Assembly: GCA_030704615.1 (NCBI GenBank)
Contig: CM060731.1
Location: forward strand, 18,910,001-18,974,000
Origin: Takakia lepidozioides
Taxonomy: Eukaryota > Plantae > Bryophyta
Reading direction: 5' to 3'
Length of the DNA: 64,000 nucleotides
The number at the start of each line of letters is the position of its first letter. Positions within the stretch are counted from its first letter, which is position 1. A program made the position numbers and the translations under genes. Of the stretch, positions 1-10,363 are shown piece by piece. The notes beneath the pieces were generated by a model. The model saw only the letters and a program-made list of their open reading frames with translations, was not told where the DNA came from and did no database searches.

Positions 1-339
1 CAAGGAAAATTATACATGGTTGGCAGACTGGATGAAGACAATACAACCAAAAGCATTTGCATCTTGGAGCTTCAAATGATACAATTGTGTTGGAGGGAAG
101 TGGATCGAATGTCTGACACATTGTTAGAAGAGTTTCTACGGGACGCAACCAATGATGCTTACTTTCGATGCATTGGACATAGTGATTTGGTGTTACTTAG
201 CATGTGCGGCCGAGACATGCCTCAGTTACTATATGATGTGTCCAAAATGTCATGGCGACGTTTGCCTAGGTGCTCCATGCTTGAGCACCGGATGGTTGAT
301 GGGTTCTCTTTTGAACCACGATTGGATGCTCTAGTCTAG
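1..339 (+). CDS. 3' end of a plant F-box protein (FBX6/LCR/UFO-like C-terminal beta-propeller region); 5' part lies outside the window
   Basis: Frame from base 1 reads QGKLYMVGRL..SICILELQ..WREVDRM..FRCIGHSDLVLLS..LLYDVS..WRRLPRC..DGFSFEPRLDALV*. This matches the recalled C-terminal pattern of FBX6-like proteins (CIWELQ..WKEVDRMP..CLGN..LLSL..W..VP.C). The substitutions W>L and P>S at conserved positions could indicate decay. Confidence 0.65.
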   Translation, partial: QGKLYMVGRLDEDNTTKSICILELQMIQLCWREVDRMSDTLLEEFLRDATNDAYFRCIGHSDLVLLSMCGRDMPQLLYDVSKMSWRRLPRCSMLEHRMVDGFSFEPRLDALV

Positions 340-957
340 TGACTACAATATCATCTAAGAGTGTTCTCTGGGACATTTGTGAAAGAGATTGTTGATGATT
401 GAAATTCTACAAATTTCAAAAATATAAAATATTGTAGAAATGACCCACTTTTGCAATGTGAAGTTCAATTGAAACATGTACTAGACATTTGGCTCTCGGT
501 TTTTTGTAACTACATTTGGTTAATTAGCTCCGTAGTCCAAAGAAGTTCCAACCAAAAATCTCTTCGGTGCATTAAGCTGGATTAAGTAGATGTACCCTCT
601 ACATGGATTGTACTTAGATAGATTGCTGAGGAACTAACAAAGAGTAATCCATTCACAGAGAATAAGCAAAGAAGGGGTTATGTTCTTGGATATCCATATC
701 TATTCACCTCGATCCGTTAGATGACCTTTGAGAAACCAATAAAGGTTTCATGCATAGTGATAACAACTTGTAGAAGGTACTCATCAATTAACCTGGCGTG
801 TCATTTAAAAGCAAAACAACACGAATTGCATTAGGCCCGCCACTGATCCAAAAACAATGGAAAAAATTCTGAAATTTCATAGGGCCGGACGGTCACTCCC
901 TAAAACAAAACGTCTTAAAATCAAAAACATTTAAATCCTTCTATTTATTATCACCAG

Positions 958-1106
958 TAACTGCTAGCTTAGTTTGGTTGGTGCATTGTGTGCCACCTAG
1001 GTGATCCTGGTTTCAAATCTTGCTATCTTGGTGTGTGTGGCATTATCTAGTTTTTGGGGTCCAATCTCGTGTACCTCATGGCTCATAATGAAAGGAGGCT
1101 ATTATT
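958..1106 (+). mobile_element. tRNA-derived SINE, family A, copy lacking the 3' end
   Basis: A-box-like TAGCTTAGTTTGG, B-box-like GGTTTCAAATCT, and body motif ATGGCTCATAATGAAAGGAGG shared with the copies at 48756 and 62259. Confidence 0.6.
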
Positions 1107-1209
1107 TACTATTATTTTAGTAACAATTTATTCAGTGGTTATAATCAAGTGCATATATATATCACAGGGAAGAGGCTCTTATTTACGCTGGCTGATGTCA
1201 TATATATAT

Positions 1210-1990
1210 CATCCATAATAAACTTGAAAAATCATTCATTTGATTTTCATAAGTTGCTCAATAACAAAGGTGCAAAAGAGAGGTGACACCTTGGGAAGGC
1301 ACAACAAGTGCTTATCAATTTTTTGACCTTGATGTATAGTCGTCTCCTTGTGAATAGTGGAATTTACTTTCATCCATAATACAATTGAAAAGTCATCCAT
1401 AATAGAATTAAAAAGTCATCCATTTATTTTTCATAAGTTGTTCAATAATGCAAAGGAGAGGAAAGGAGAGGATGTGACACTTGGGGGAAGGCACAAGAGA
1501 TGTGATTTTTGACACTGAAGTGTACCGTACTTGCCTATGCTATTCGTCAGGCCCCACCGGACTAATTAATTTTTCTTAAACAAGGGGTCTGGTAGGCTTT
1601 TTTATAATTTCTGTAGTTCCGAAAATTTTCATGATAAATAATAAAATAACACTCATATCACATATGTGTGTGGTTAGTGCAATGGTATTGAAAGTAAATT
1701 CGGAAGGGCAGGTCTGGGGGTTGAATTTTTGACATTCATTCCTGGGAGGGCTTTATTTTAAAAAATTTCGGCATTTTTGTTTTGCATTTAATTTTCATCG
1801 GATAGCACAGGTACGGTAGTCTCCTTGTGAATAGTGAAATCCACTTTCATCCATAATAAACTTAAAAATTCATCCATTTAATTTTCATAAGTGTTCAATG
1901 AGAGAACTAAAAGAGAGGAGGTGATACATGGGGAAGGAAGAATAGGTCCTCAGCAATTTTATTTTTGACACTGATGCGTATCTCCTCTTT
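1210..1990. repeat. Three diverged direct repeats of about 160-170 bp; the second is interrupted by a MITE
   Basis: Unit CATCCATAATA..TTGAAAA.TCAT.CATTT.ATTTTCATAAGT..TCAATAA..GAGAGG.TGACAC..GGGAAGG..TTTTGAC recurs at about 1210, 1371 and 1847. Confidence 0.75.
1525..1816. mobile_element. Tc1/mariner(pogo)-type MITE, 292 bp, TA target-site duplication
   Basis: TA at 1523-24 and 1817-18. Imperfect TIRs CCGTAC(TTGC)CTATGCTATTCG / CGGATAGCACAGGTACGG. The paralogous repeat copy at about 1325-1360 shows the uninterrupted site. Confidence 0.75.
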
Positions 1991-2199
1991 AGGATAAAGA
2001 GAAACCAATAAATGGATGATTTTTCAAGTATATTTTGCATGAAAGTAGATCCCACTACTCTCAGAAGGGGAAGATATGTAATAGATTTGAGGTAAGAACT
2101 TAATGCACACTCGCAACCTCTGACAGGACGGTACGCTGGTTTCCCGCATGTCAAATATTCCCCACCCTCTTGTTGAGAGAGAGAGATGGAACTGAAGGA

Positions 2200-2390
2200 G
2201 TGTAAACTCCAGTTGAGGTTGCACTGGGTTACATGGTGGGGGTTGTAACTCTGCTTGGGGTTACACTGGGTATAACTCTGCTCAGGATTACACTCACATT
2301 TGGTCTCGAAATTTGACTGTCTAAATTTGGCTAAGAATAAAATGGACTAGGAAGAGTTACACAAGACACTGGGGTTACACTACAATAACC
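2200..2390. repeat. Cluster of short direct and inverted repeats (TGTAACTCTGCT / GGGGTTACAC)
   Basis: GGTTACAC-like and TGTAAC/TATAACTCTGCT motifs recur several times upstream of the S28 gene. Confidence 0.5.
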
Positions 2391-2519
2391 TCCCGTCAAG
2401 AATGAAACCCGAAATCTCGCGAGGTAAGAGGGGGTGGGGAGGATTTGACAGGGCCCCCACCGGAGGAGCCCAGGCTGCTGGAATCCGGCGAAAGTACCGC
2501 TATTATCTCCTATCTCGCA

Positions 2520-2615
2520 TACGTAGCTGCACTGTGCGCTACGCCAGTGAACTCTGGGTTCAATTCCTGGCTGCCTCGCTGGGTGTGGTTTTGTTCCTCG
2601 GGCTGGTTTCCTTTT
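2520..2615 (+). mobile_element. tRNA-derived SINE, family A, internally deleted copy
   Basis: TGCACTGTG..GGGTTCAATTCCTG (B box), then GGGTGTGGTTTTGTTCCT as in the 62259 copy, ending CTGGTTTCCTTTT like the family 3' end. Confidence 0.5.
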
Positions 2616-2933
2616 AAGAAGAATATCCAACATTCGGGTGATAAGCATGCTGCCATGGAACGGGAAGATAAAGCAAAGCTCCGACAGCACTCGTCGCTTC
2701 TCCACACGATCGTTGCATTCAAAATCCTGCTTCACATCTTCCCACTACCCAAGTTTCGATGACGAAGTCTGGGGAATGGGTTTATGCGATCTTCAGGAAC
2801 AGAACAGTAAATTGGGGAGAGAGACATGCGAAGTAGAAGAGGCTGAGGTGGGTAGAATCTGTGTGCATTTTCCAACAACGATGCACAACGAGGTCAGACA
2901 GGCAACTGCGAAGTGGGTTGTGCAGTAAGCGCA

Positions 2934-5900
2934 ATGGCGATGCGCAGTTGTGTAGCATGGCTGCTCATGTCCTGCCTCATTATCGGTACTCAAGCGCTGC
3001 CTGCATTTCTCCGATCTTCTTCGGACAGCTCCGGAAAGTACTTGACTCAAGATCCGCTCTGGTTTTCTCAGCGTCTGGACCACTTTGCTACCCAGGTGTG
3101 TGTCTCGTCTCTCTACTCCTTCTTTGCATTATTCCGTGTATGTGGTGTACACTAGGTGGTGTTGGTGGCAGTGGAGCCAGTCACATTGTCACCTCCGTGC
3201 CCCTCTCACCCTTCTGGCAATGCAAGCCCTGGAATCAACAAACTTTTCCTGGAACGGGATTGTAGTTGGCTGGTGCGAGCTGTTGTTTGTACCTGGTGTT
3301 CGCCAACGCCCGATTGCTTTGCGGGGGTTGGAGTCATGTGGATTACACAGGCAACACTCGCGGGAGCTTGCGAATGAGTGCATTTTTGTGATTTATTTCT
3401 ACAATCTCTACCCTTCTCTTGGCCCACCCTTTTCTATTTCCACACTTTCAATCCGAAAGGGAATGTAGCATTGGATTGTGATCCATGCGGTCACAAGTGG
3501 GTGAACTCTCGGAGTTCTCTGCAAATCTAGATGCACATTGGTTGCTGGTTGACATTCGATTGCCTTAAGGCTCACCTCTTCTGGAGCTGCAGCTGTCTGG
3601 ATTACGATCTCAAGGAATTCCTGGAGCTTCATTTGAGTAATCTCTACTATATGAGCTGGCCAGCTGAAAACTATCGGATTAGAAGTATTGTCACCTTTTC
3701 AAGTGCGCAAATGCACTGTCCCCATAATGGTTTGGTGATCTCAGTAATTCTGAGATTGTTGCTCATATACATGGGAGCTTAACCCTTACATGGATGTGCA
3801 AATTTGTTAGGCTGACCTGAGGATTTAACTGAGAAGTGCAATAGAATGTCGTCCTTTGCAACCTGCTGGTCAGAATTTGACATCTGATTGGGGATATTGT
3901 CACAAGGTGGGACTGAGAGCTGGAAAAGTGTTACATTTGTCGTGCAGCGCTGGATGTATAGCGCCAAAATGTGTGAAACTATAGCATCTCTTTCTTCCTG
4001 CAGGACCGGCGCCAGTTCCAGCAAAGGTACTATGAGTTCTTGGATTATTTCGAAGATCCCCATGGGCCTATCTTTCTGCGGATCTGTGGTGAATCCACCT
4101 GCTCTGGCATCAGCAACGACTACAGTGCGGTGAAAACACCAAACCCCCCTCACCCCCTCCCCAACCCTCTTACTTCCCCCCTACTTTCTCCCCGCCTCTC
4201 GGTTCTCAGTCAGATCGATGGAAAGGTGGACACCTGAAAAGTTTTAGAAAGGGGACCAATGAGCGGCCATCAAAAGAAATATTAGGTTTTTTTCTGCCTT
4301 TCTGTTACTGTACTCTTTCCATCTCACCCTCCTCTTGAGTCCCTCTTTCTCCGTCAGGCTGTGTTTCTTTCAGACCTGTCCAACATATACTTTCCGCCCT
4401 TCTATTTCCACATAGAACTGGCTGTCAACCACAGTTGTCTTGGGTCTAGCAAGGACAGTGCTGTATCAACATCATGCTACTGAGTCTGGTGTCAATGCCA
4501 TCCCGTAGATCCCTGGGACTGGGTTGCATATGTGCCTGGTGGGTTGAAATGAACAATGAGTACATCTATCTCTCACAAACAGAATTGTCTTTTTGCTTGA
4601 AACAGGTGTTGGCTAAGAAATTTGGGGCAGCTGTGGTCTGTCTAGAGCATCGGTACTATGGAGAGAGTTCTCCCTTCCCTGAACTGACGACTGACAACCT
4701 CAAGTATCTGTCATCAAAACAGGCTCTTTTTGATTTGGCAGCATTTCGTAATTATTACCAGGTTTCTTTCTCCTGATGCATTTGCCGAGTTACTTGCTTA
4801 CAATAACGGGATTTTCGCTATAGATCTCCAGCTATCATACTGTGTGTCACCGGTGGTACCACAACACATTAAGCATTCGAATCAAGCACTGGATGTGTGT
4901 TACTTGACATGTCATTTCGTGCCCAGTGTTATAATGTTATAACCCTTTGCAGAGAAGTATAAATGGTAGTTATGGTGACTTTGTAAATGATTTGTGTTTT
5001 TATTTCGCTACTGGACATCAGTGTTATTTCTGTAGAGACAATGGATGTGTGCTGCAGCGGCATATGTCCAGATATATCCCACTGAGAGGGCTAGCATGAT
5101 GCAATCTAAGCTTTGGTGTCTGGCATGCAGGGAGTGGTCAACAATAAGTACAATAGGACTGGAGGGGACAATGCATGGTTTGTATTTGGAGTGTCATATC
5201 CTGGAGCACTAAGTGCATGGTTTCGGCTCAAGTTTCCACATTTGGTGCGTGGTAGCCTGGCAAGCTCAGGGGTGGTCCTTGCAGTCTACAACTACACTGC
5301 GTTTGATGAACAGGTACAGTTGAATGTGCCTGGTACTCTAAAAGCGATGTTTGATTTGCATTGCAGGCAGGCAGGAGAGGACTTGGTAATGTAATCTACT
5401 CGTTTGGTTTTTGTTCTATGTTCAATATGCTGTCAGTAGATCACGGTTTATACCCGGAACACAACTTCTGCCATCCATTGGTGGGGTTATAAAGGTTCAT
5501 TGTGTGGAGGGCCTCGAACGTGCCATTCACCATGCAATATGTATGTGCTAGGGTGAGCAGAGCTGGTGGTAGAGCTCAGCCCGAACTGTCATGCTGCTGT
5601 AGGAGCACATTTAGCAGTTCATATTTGGGTAGATTTCGTAGGCACAGTTGGTGGGTCCAGCAGTCCACCACCTGGTTCATGGTAGTATGAGATTGTGCAC
5701 CACTTGACAGGTCCCCAGCAAATGCCTTTGCGGCTTTCACTTGTTTTGTAGAAGGTGAGATATTGAGGATTGATGTTGGTCTAAGTTTTGCAACACATGA
5801 CGTCACAGTAATATACTGGTTTCCCGCTTACAGGTCCTCTCTCTTTCTCTCTCTCGTATTGCATGGGTGCAATGGGCTAAAATTCATGTGGCCAGCATGT

Positions 5901-8900
5901 GTCCCTAAGATGCAGCTCTCTGCAGACAGCAAGTTTGATGGTCGTAGCACCTGTGAACTTAGAGGGAGGAGGCAGGTGGCTTGCATGAGAGTCACATGAT
6001 TCCGGCTGGGAGTGCCAGGTGGCCGTATCTGCAGGGCCAGCATGTGCGAGTGCACTACGAGAAGTGACTGCGGAGGTTGAGGAGGGCTTGGCGCGCAATG
6101 CAACTGAACTGAAATGTCTTTTTGGTGCTGAGCAGGTGAGTCCCTTAGGGCCTCTGGGCCCCCCTTGGAAACTCCTTGAAGCTCGATAACCACTCAGAAC
6201 CCTTAAATTGTGGTCAGATAAGACTGTCCAAGGTTTCTAGCTAGAGGGCAAGTAACCGTGATGAGGGACTTCGATGCTTGTTTGAGCAAAGTTTCTAACA
6301 GGACAGGGGGACTAAGAATTTTCTGGATGGAGTCACCAACTCAAATGCAAAGTGGTTGACGAATTCCTCAAGAAAATTCAATGAACAAAAACTACTGGAA
6401 CATCCATTTTGGCATGTCATGTTTCATATCTTAGACTTCCGTGTCCACAGCTGGATTGCATGTTGTTGTTCCCAAGAATGTGATAACTTCAAGTAGTTGC
6501 ATGGTTTTGGGGATGATACTACCAGATCTCGCTTCTCAGCTTTCTGTGTGGTAATTACTCATATGAATGATTTGTTGCTGATGCTGGAGAAACATGTCAT
6601 GCATGGTACAGCTAAAAATAGATGGAGACTTCCTCTACTTACTGGCAGATGCTGCGGCGATTGCGGTAAGTCTTATTATACTGGCTACAGGCTATCTCTA
6701 TATGAACTAACATCTTCAGAGCATCTAATGTGCACTAGTCATCTTTGATCACCGCAGAGCCAGGGTTTTAAGGAACATAGACTTCAGGCGTGGTGATATG
6801 CTTGATAGCTAAATAGTCCCGATAGAGATAAGTTGCTACTGTGCTGTTGAACATCCTTTCAACTCAGTCCAGGGACTGCAGTTTCTATTCTGAGATCAAG
6901 GACATTTGTAGGAATTACATCAGTCAGCACTATTTTGACTCGTGCTGTTTGTGCAGTTCCAGTATGGTAATCCTGACATCCTGTGTTTGCCCCTAGTGGC
7001 GGCGTATACACCTGGCCAAGATGTGCTGGTATGGGCTGTTTATGGCTTTCTGGTGTAAAAGATAAGACAGGATTTCAGAGAAAGAAGAAACCTCCTTGTT
7101 GGTGTGTCTTTTTCAAGAACTCAGTGAAGTAGCCTTAGTGGAGAGAGAGAGAGTACAGATCTACACCTTTAACTTGGGTTGGACATCAACTTGAGAACCT
7201 GCTAAGTACACCATACTTGACGATAATTGTTCTGAAACTTGAGCAATCCCCTATAAGTTGCTAATGGGTTTCCTGAAAGAAGGACAAGCTTATGCAGAGA
7301 TTCTTTCTGAAAGGGCAGCCAGTCGGTGTCGAAGAGTCGGTTGTAATTGGGAAATTTCAGAATTGAGTAAAACCTTTTTGGAGAATTCAACCAACTCAGT
7401 GCTTGATCTTTGTGGATGGGTAAATTGTGCAGGGGGCATATGCTGAATATGTTAAGTCAATATTTTTTGGACAGTTTGGCTCATCACCCAACACCTATGA
7501 TCAGGAGCATCTGAAAATTACAAAAGCTGGGCCAGATACTGGTAGGTAACTGTGCTATCCATGTTATCTATGGTAGCAATGAACATCGTCTGTGTTTATG
7601 TTGTATGCTTCCTTATCAGATCCTTGGTATGCTGCTCAATTCTGCTCTTTTGCTTTGCAACATTTGTGGTTGTTGGGCAGGAGATCGGCAGTGGTGGTAT
7701 CAAGTGTGCACAGAGGTGGCGTATTTCCAGGTGGCCCCAGCTAACAACAGCATTCGCTCATCTGGTGTTAATACAAAGTGGGCATTCCCCTTCCTTGTTT
7801 GTAACCGCTCATGGAGAATGTTCTTTTGCAGAGTCCTCAGTGTCAAACTCCAGCTGTAGCCAAGCTAGTATCCTTGCCTAGGTAAGTCTTGCCACTACAG
7901 CAGGTTCTAAGGAAATGACGATGATTGGCGGGGCGTTGTTTTCTGTCTAGACATATTTTGCCATCAGAAACTGCTAGGCCTAGATTGAGTCAGATGATTT
8001 TGCCAGCTGCTGTACAGACATGGAAGGGTTCTCATGTGGGTGCCAACTGCCTTCAATGTCAGTTTCCCAAGCCCCACAGATGGAATAAGTAGATCAGTGA
8101 CAAGAGTACGTAGGTGAATGTGCCACTAGATGCTGTAGAAGTTTTTGAAGAAATAGAGGTTTGATGCTGCCCAGTCTCTGAAGGTCCCTTTCTGGCTTTC
8201 CTTTGGAAGAGACAGTGCTGCTGACATTCAGTTATCTCTGACTGCAGATACCATCTAGACCTCTGCGCGAACGTATTTGGAGAGGGGACATATCCGGAAG
8301 TCGACATAACAAATCTTTATTACGGGGGCTCTGGAATCACTGGTATGGGTGGTACTAGTTGAATTCTAGCTAGGATGCAAAAAGATTTCAAAAGATTGGC
8401 TATTGTGAAGTTGGCAATACAAAGATCCAATTTCATCGACACAAACGACTAAAATCATCCGCAGACATGGTACAACATTAATTGCTTGGTGATCTGCGGG
8501 TAGTCTCCATATCTCCCACCTGAGGAAAAAGTCTCTTTTCTGGTGATTAATTGAATCTACTAAACTTTCAATTCTAGGTTTGTGTATAGCATGGATATGA
8601 GCATATTTTAGTTAGGGTCTGGTGCTAACTCTGTGCTTCATCTCATGATGTTCCTGGATGATCAAACACAGCTTCCAAGATATTCTTCACAAATGGATCA
8701 CAGGATCCCTGGCGCCATGCTTCTAAGCAGACCTCATCACCTGGTGGTAATGTTCTTCTCTGTGGCTTTGAGGCTCAAGTGACCTGCCAGGGCACAACAG
8801 CTGGGTGGATTTGGGGTTCCACAGGGGTACTCTCTGTTGATGTGTAGGCTTCCTATTTTGTGCAAGAAAAGATTGCACCCATGAGATTTTGTTTTCGTAA

Positions 8901-10363
8901 GCTTGTGGCCATAGGCCCTGTGCCCAATTTGGGCGGAACAAGAGGGGTAACTGACACTACCTTTGTGAGGGGCTCACTCCCACAAGCATCAATCTGCTTT
9001 TTGGGAGCAGCCCAAAAGTTAGACCCCAGGGCCAGGGCTTTAGGCTCAGCCTCAAGAAGGGAGGTTAGGTTACATCTCATGGATGATGTACTCGACCGTT
9101 CCCTTGGAATGTGGGCTATGCCATACGATATTGGCGTACTTCCTGTAGAATACCAACCCCATTAGAGCTGATTGTGGGGTTTCAGCTCACTAGATTATGT
9201 GAGAACACTCCCTCCGGTCCTCCACACATGATCTGGTTACAGGTTGGCGTGTCCTTGGACAATACGATGCTCATTGCTGTCAATTTGACCATAGTCAGTG
9301 ACTCTGCCAGTCACACTTAGTCTTGGGATGGGCAGCATACCTCATCAAGAGAATGTACTCATAAGATGTTGTTTGCCGTAGCCTTGTGGCCATTGACTCC
9401 GCGCTAGTTGGAGTGGAACACAAAGGGACAGAAAGTACCTTTGTCAGGGGCTGACGCCGGTAGTATGACTTAACTTGAAACATGCAATTGAGCCGAGTTT
9501 TCCAGATATCCTCTAGAAACAAACATCAATCTGCTGTGTGTGATTTGCCCAATAACTAGATCCCAATAGGGCCTGGGCTTTTGGCTCATCAAGAGAGAGA
9601 GATGGAAAGGGGCCAAGGCCGGTATGCACATAGTTCATTGGCAGTATTGATAGTTGTCTGTATGGTGGATGGTGGGACAGAGCCAGCTCATACAGTGACT
9701 TGCCACAACTGCGGACATGGCACAGACTTGCGGGGATGTCCACAATCCCCTCTGCAAATAGAAGGTTGGTCATCCTGGATACTAACTGGATCTAGTGATT
9801 GGAGTATTTATTCTACATTACTGGGTAAATATTGTGTCTGTTTTAGTGTAAGCAACTGATGTGGGACACTGGTACGTTTTCTTTGTCTCTTTAGCACTTC
9901 TCTCAACATAGAAGTGATATCCCCAAACGGTTTCCAAATAGCACGAGACGTAACAACAATTCCTTCTCTCATGTCCTTTGAAGATTTTTTTAGTAGAAAT
10001 GCACTTACAAGGACTGATGATGCATTTTGGGTGTCCTCACGTTAAATCGTGGGAGTCCCCTGTGAAATCCAGGACAACGTTGATAACAGTTAACCTGGAG
10101 AGGCCAAGTGTGTAATCTTGATGTGCTCTAGGTAAGAGCGAGCAAATTGTTTGTGCAATTACTTGACACCTACATGCATTTGCATCAATACAGGGGATGC
10201 AACCAAGTGTGCTAGGCCTGATGAAGTGCACAAAGTGCGGCAGCTTATTGCTAACTACATTGAAGCGTGGATCGGGGATGAAGATACACTCTCAGTGTCA
10301 GAGGAATCACCTTCGGCACTGAAGGTCTTTGAACCTTCAGAGTTCTCACCAAATTGCAGGTAG
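2934..10363 (+). CDS. EDA2: Serine carboxypeptidase family S28 (EDA2/prolylcarboxypeptidase-like), secreted, 13 exons
   Basis: Exons 2934-3095, 4004-4129, 4606-4761, 5131-5313, 6019-6135, 6612-6665, 6957-7028, 7433-7541, 7681-7777, 8248-8342, 8672-8746, 9681-9764, 10194-10363, all GT-AG and phase-consistent. Signal peptide and motifs [27 protein letters not shown] (nucleophile Ser), NGSQDPW (Asp), CGHGTDL (His). Symbol is a family-level assignment. Confidence 0.93.
8873..9190 (-). mobile_element. Short insertion family B, older diverged copy in S28 intron 11; far boundary uncertain
   Basis: Colinear similarity to 9353-9584 over about 8873-9048 (TTGTGGCCAT, GGAACA, TACCTTTGT.AGGGGCT, CATCAATCTGCT, GGGCTTT.GGCTCA). 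No TSD found. Confidence 0.55.
9353..9584 (-). mobile_element. Short insertion family B (probable non-LTR retroposon), 232 bp
   Basis: Flanked by the exact 12-bp duplication CTCATCAAGAGA (9341-9352, 9585-9596). The first ~55 bp are nearly identical to 27293-27349. Strand is inferred from the fixed shared end. Confidence 0.75.

Noticed and set aside
340-833. Continuation of a decayed reading frame after the F-box stop
   Set aside because: Several stops and no recognisable protein motif; the F-box ORF ends naturally at EPRLDALV*.
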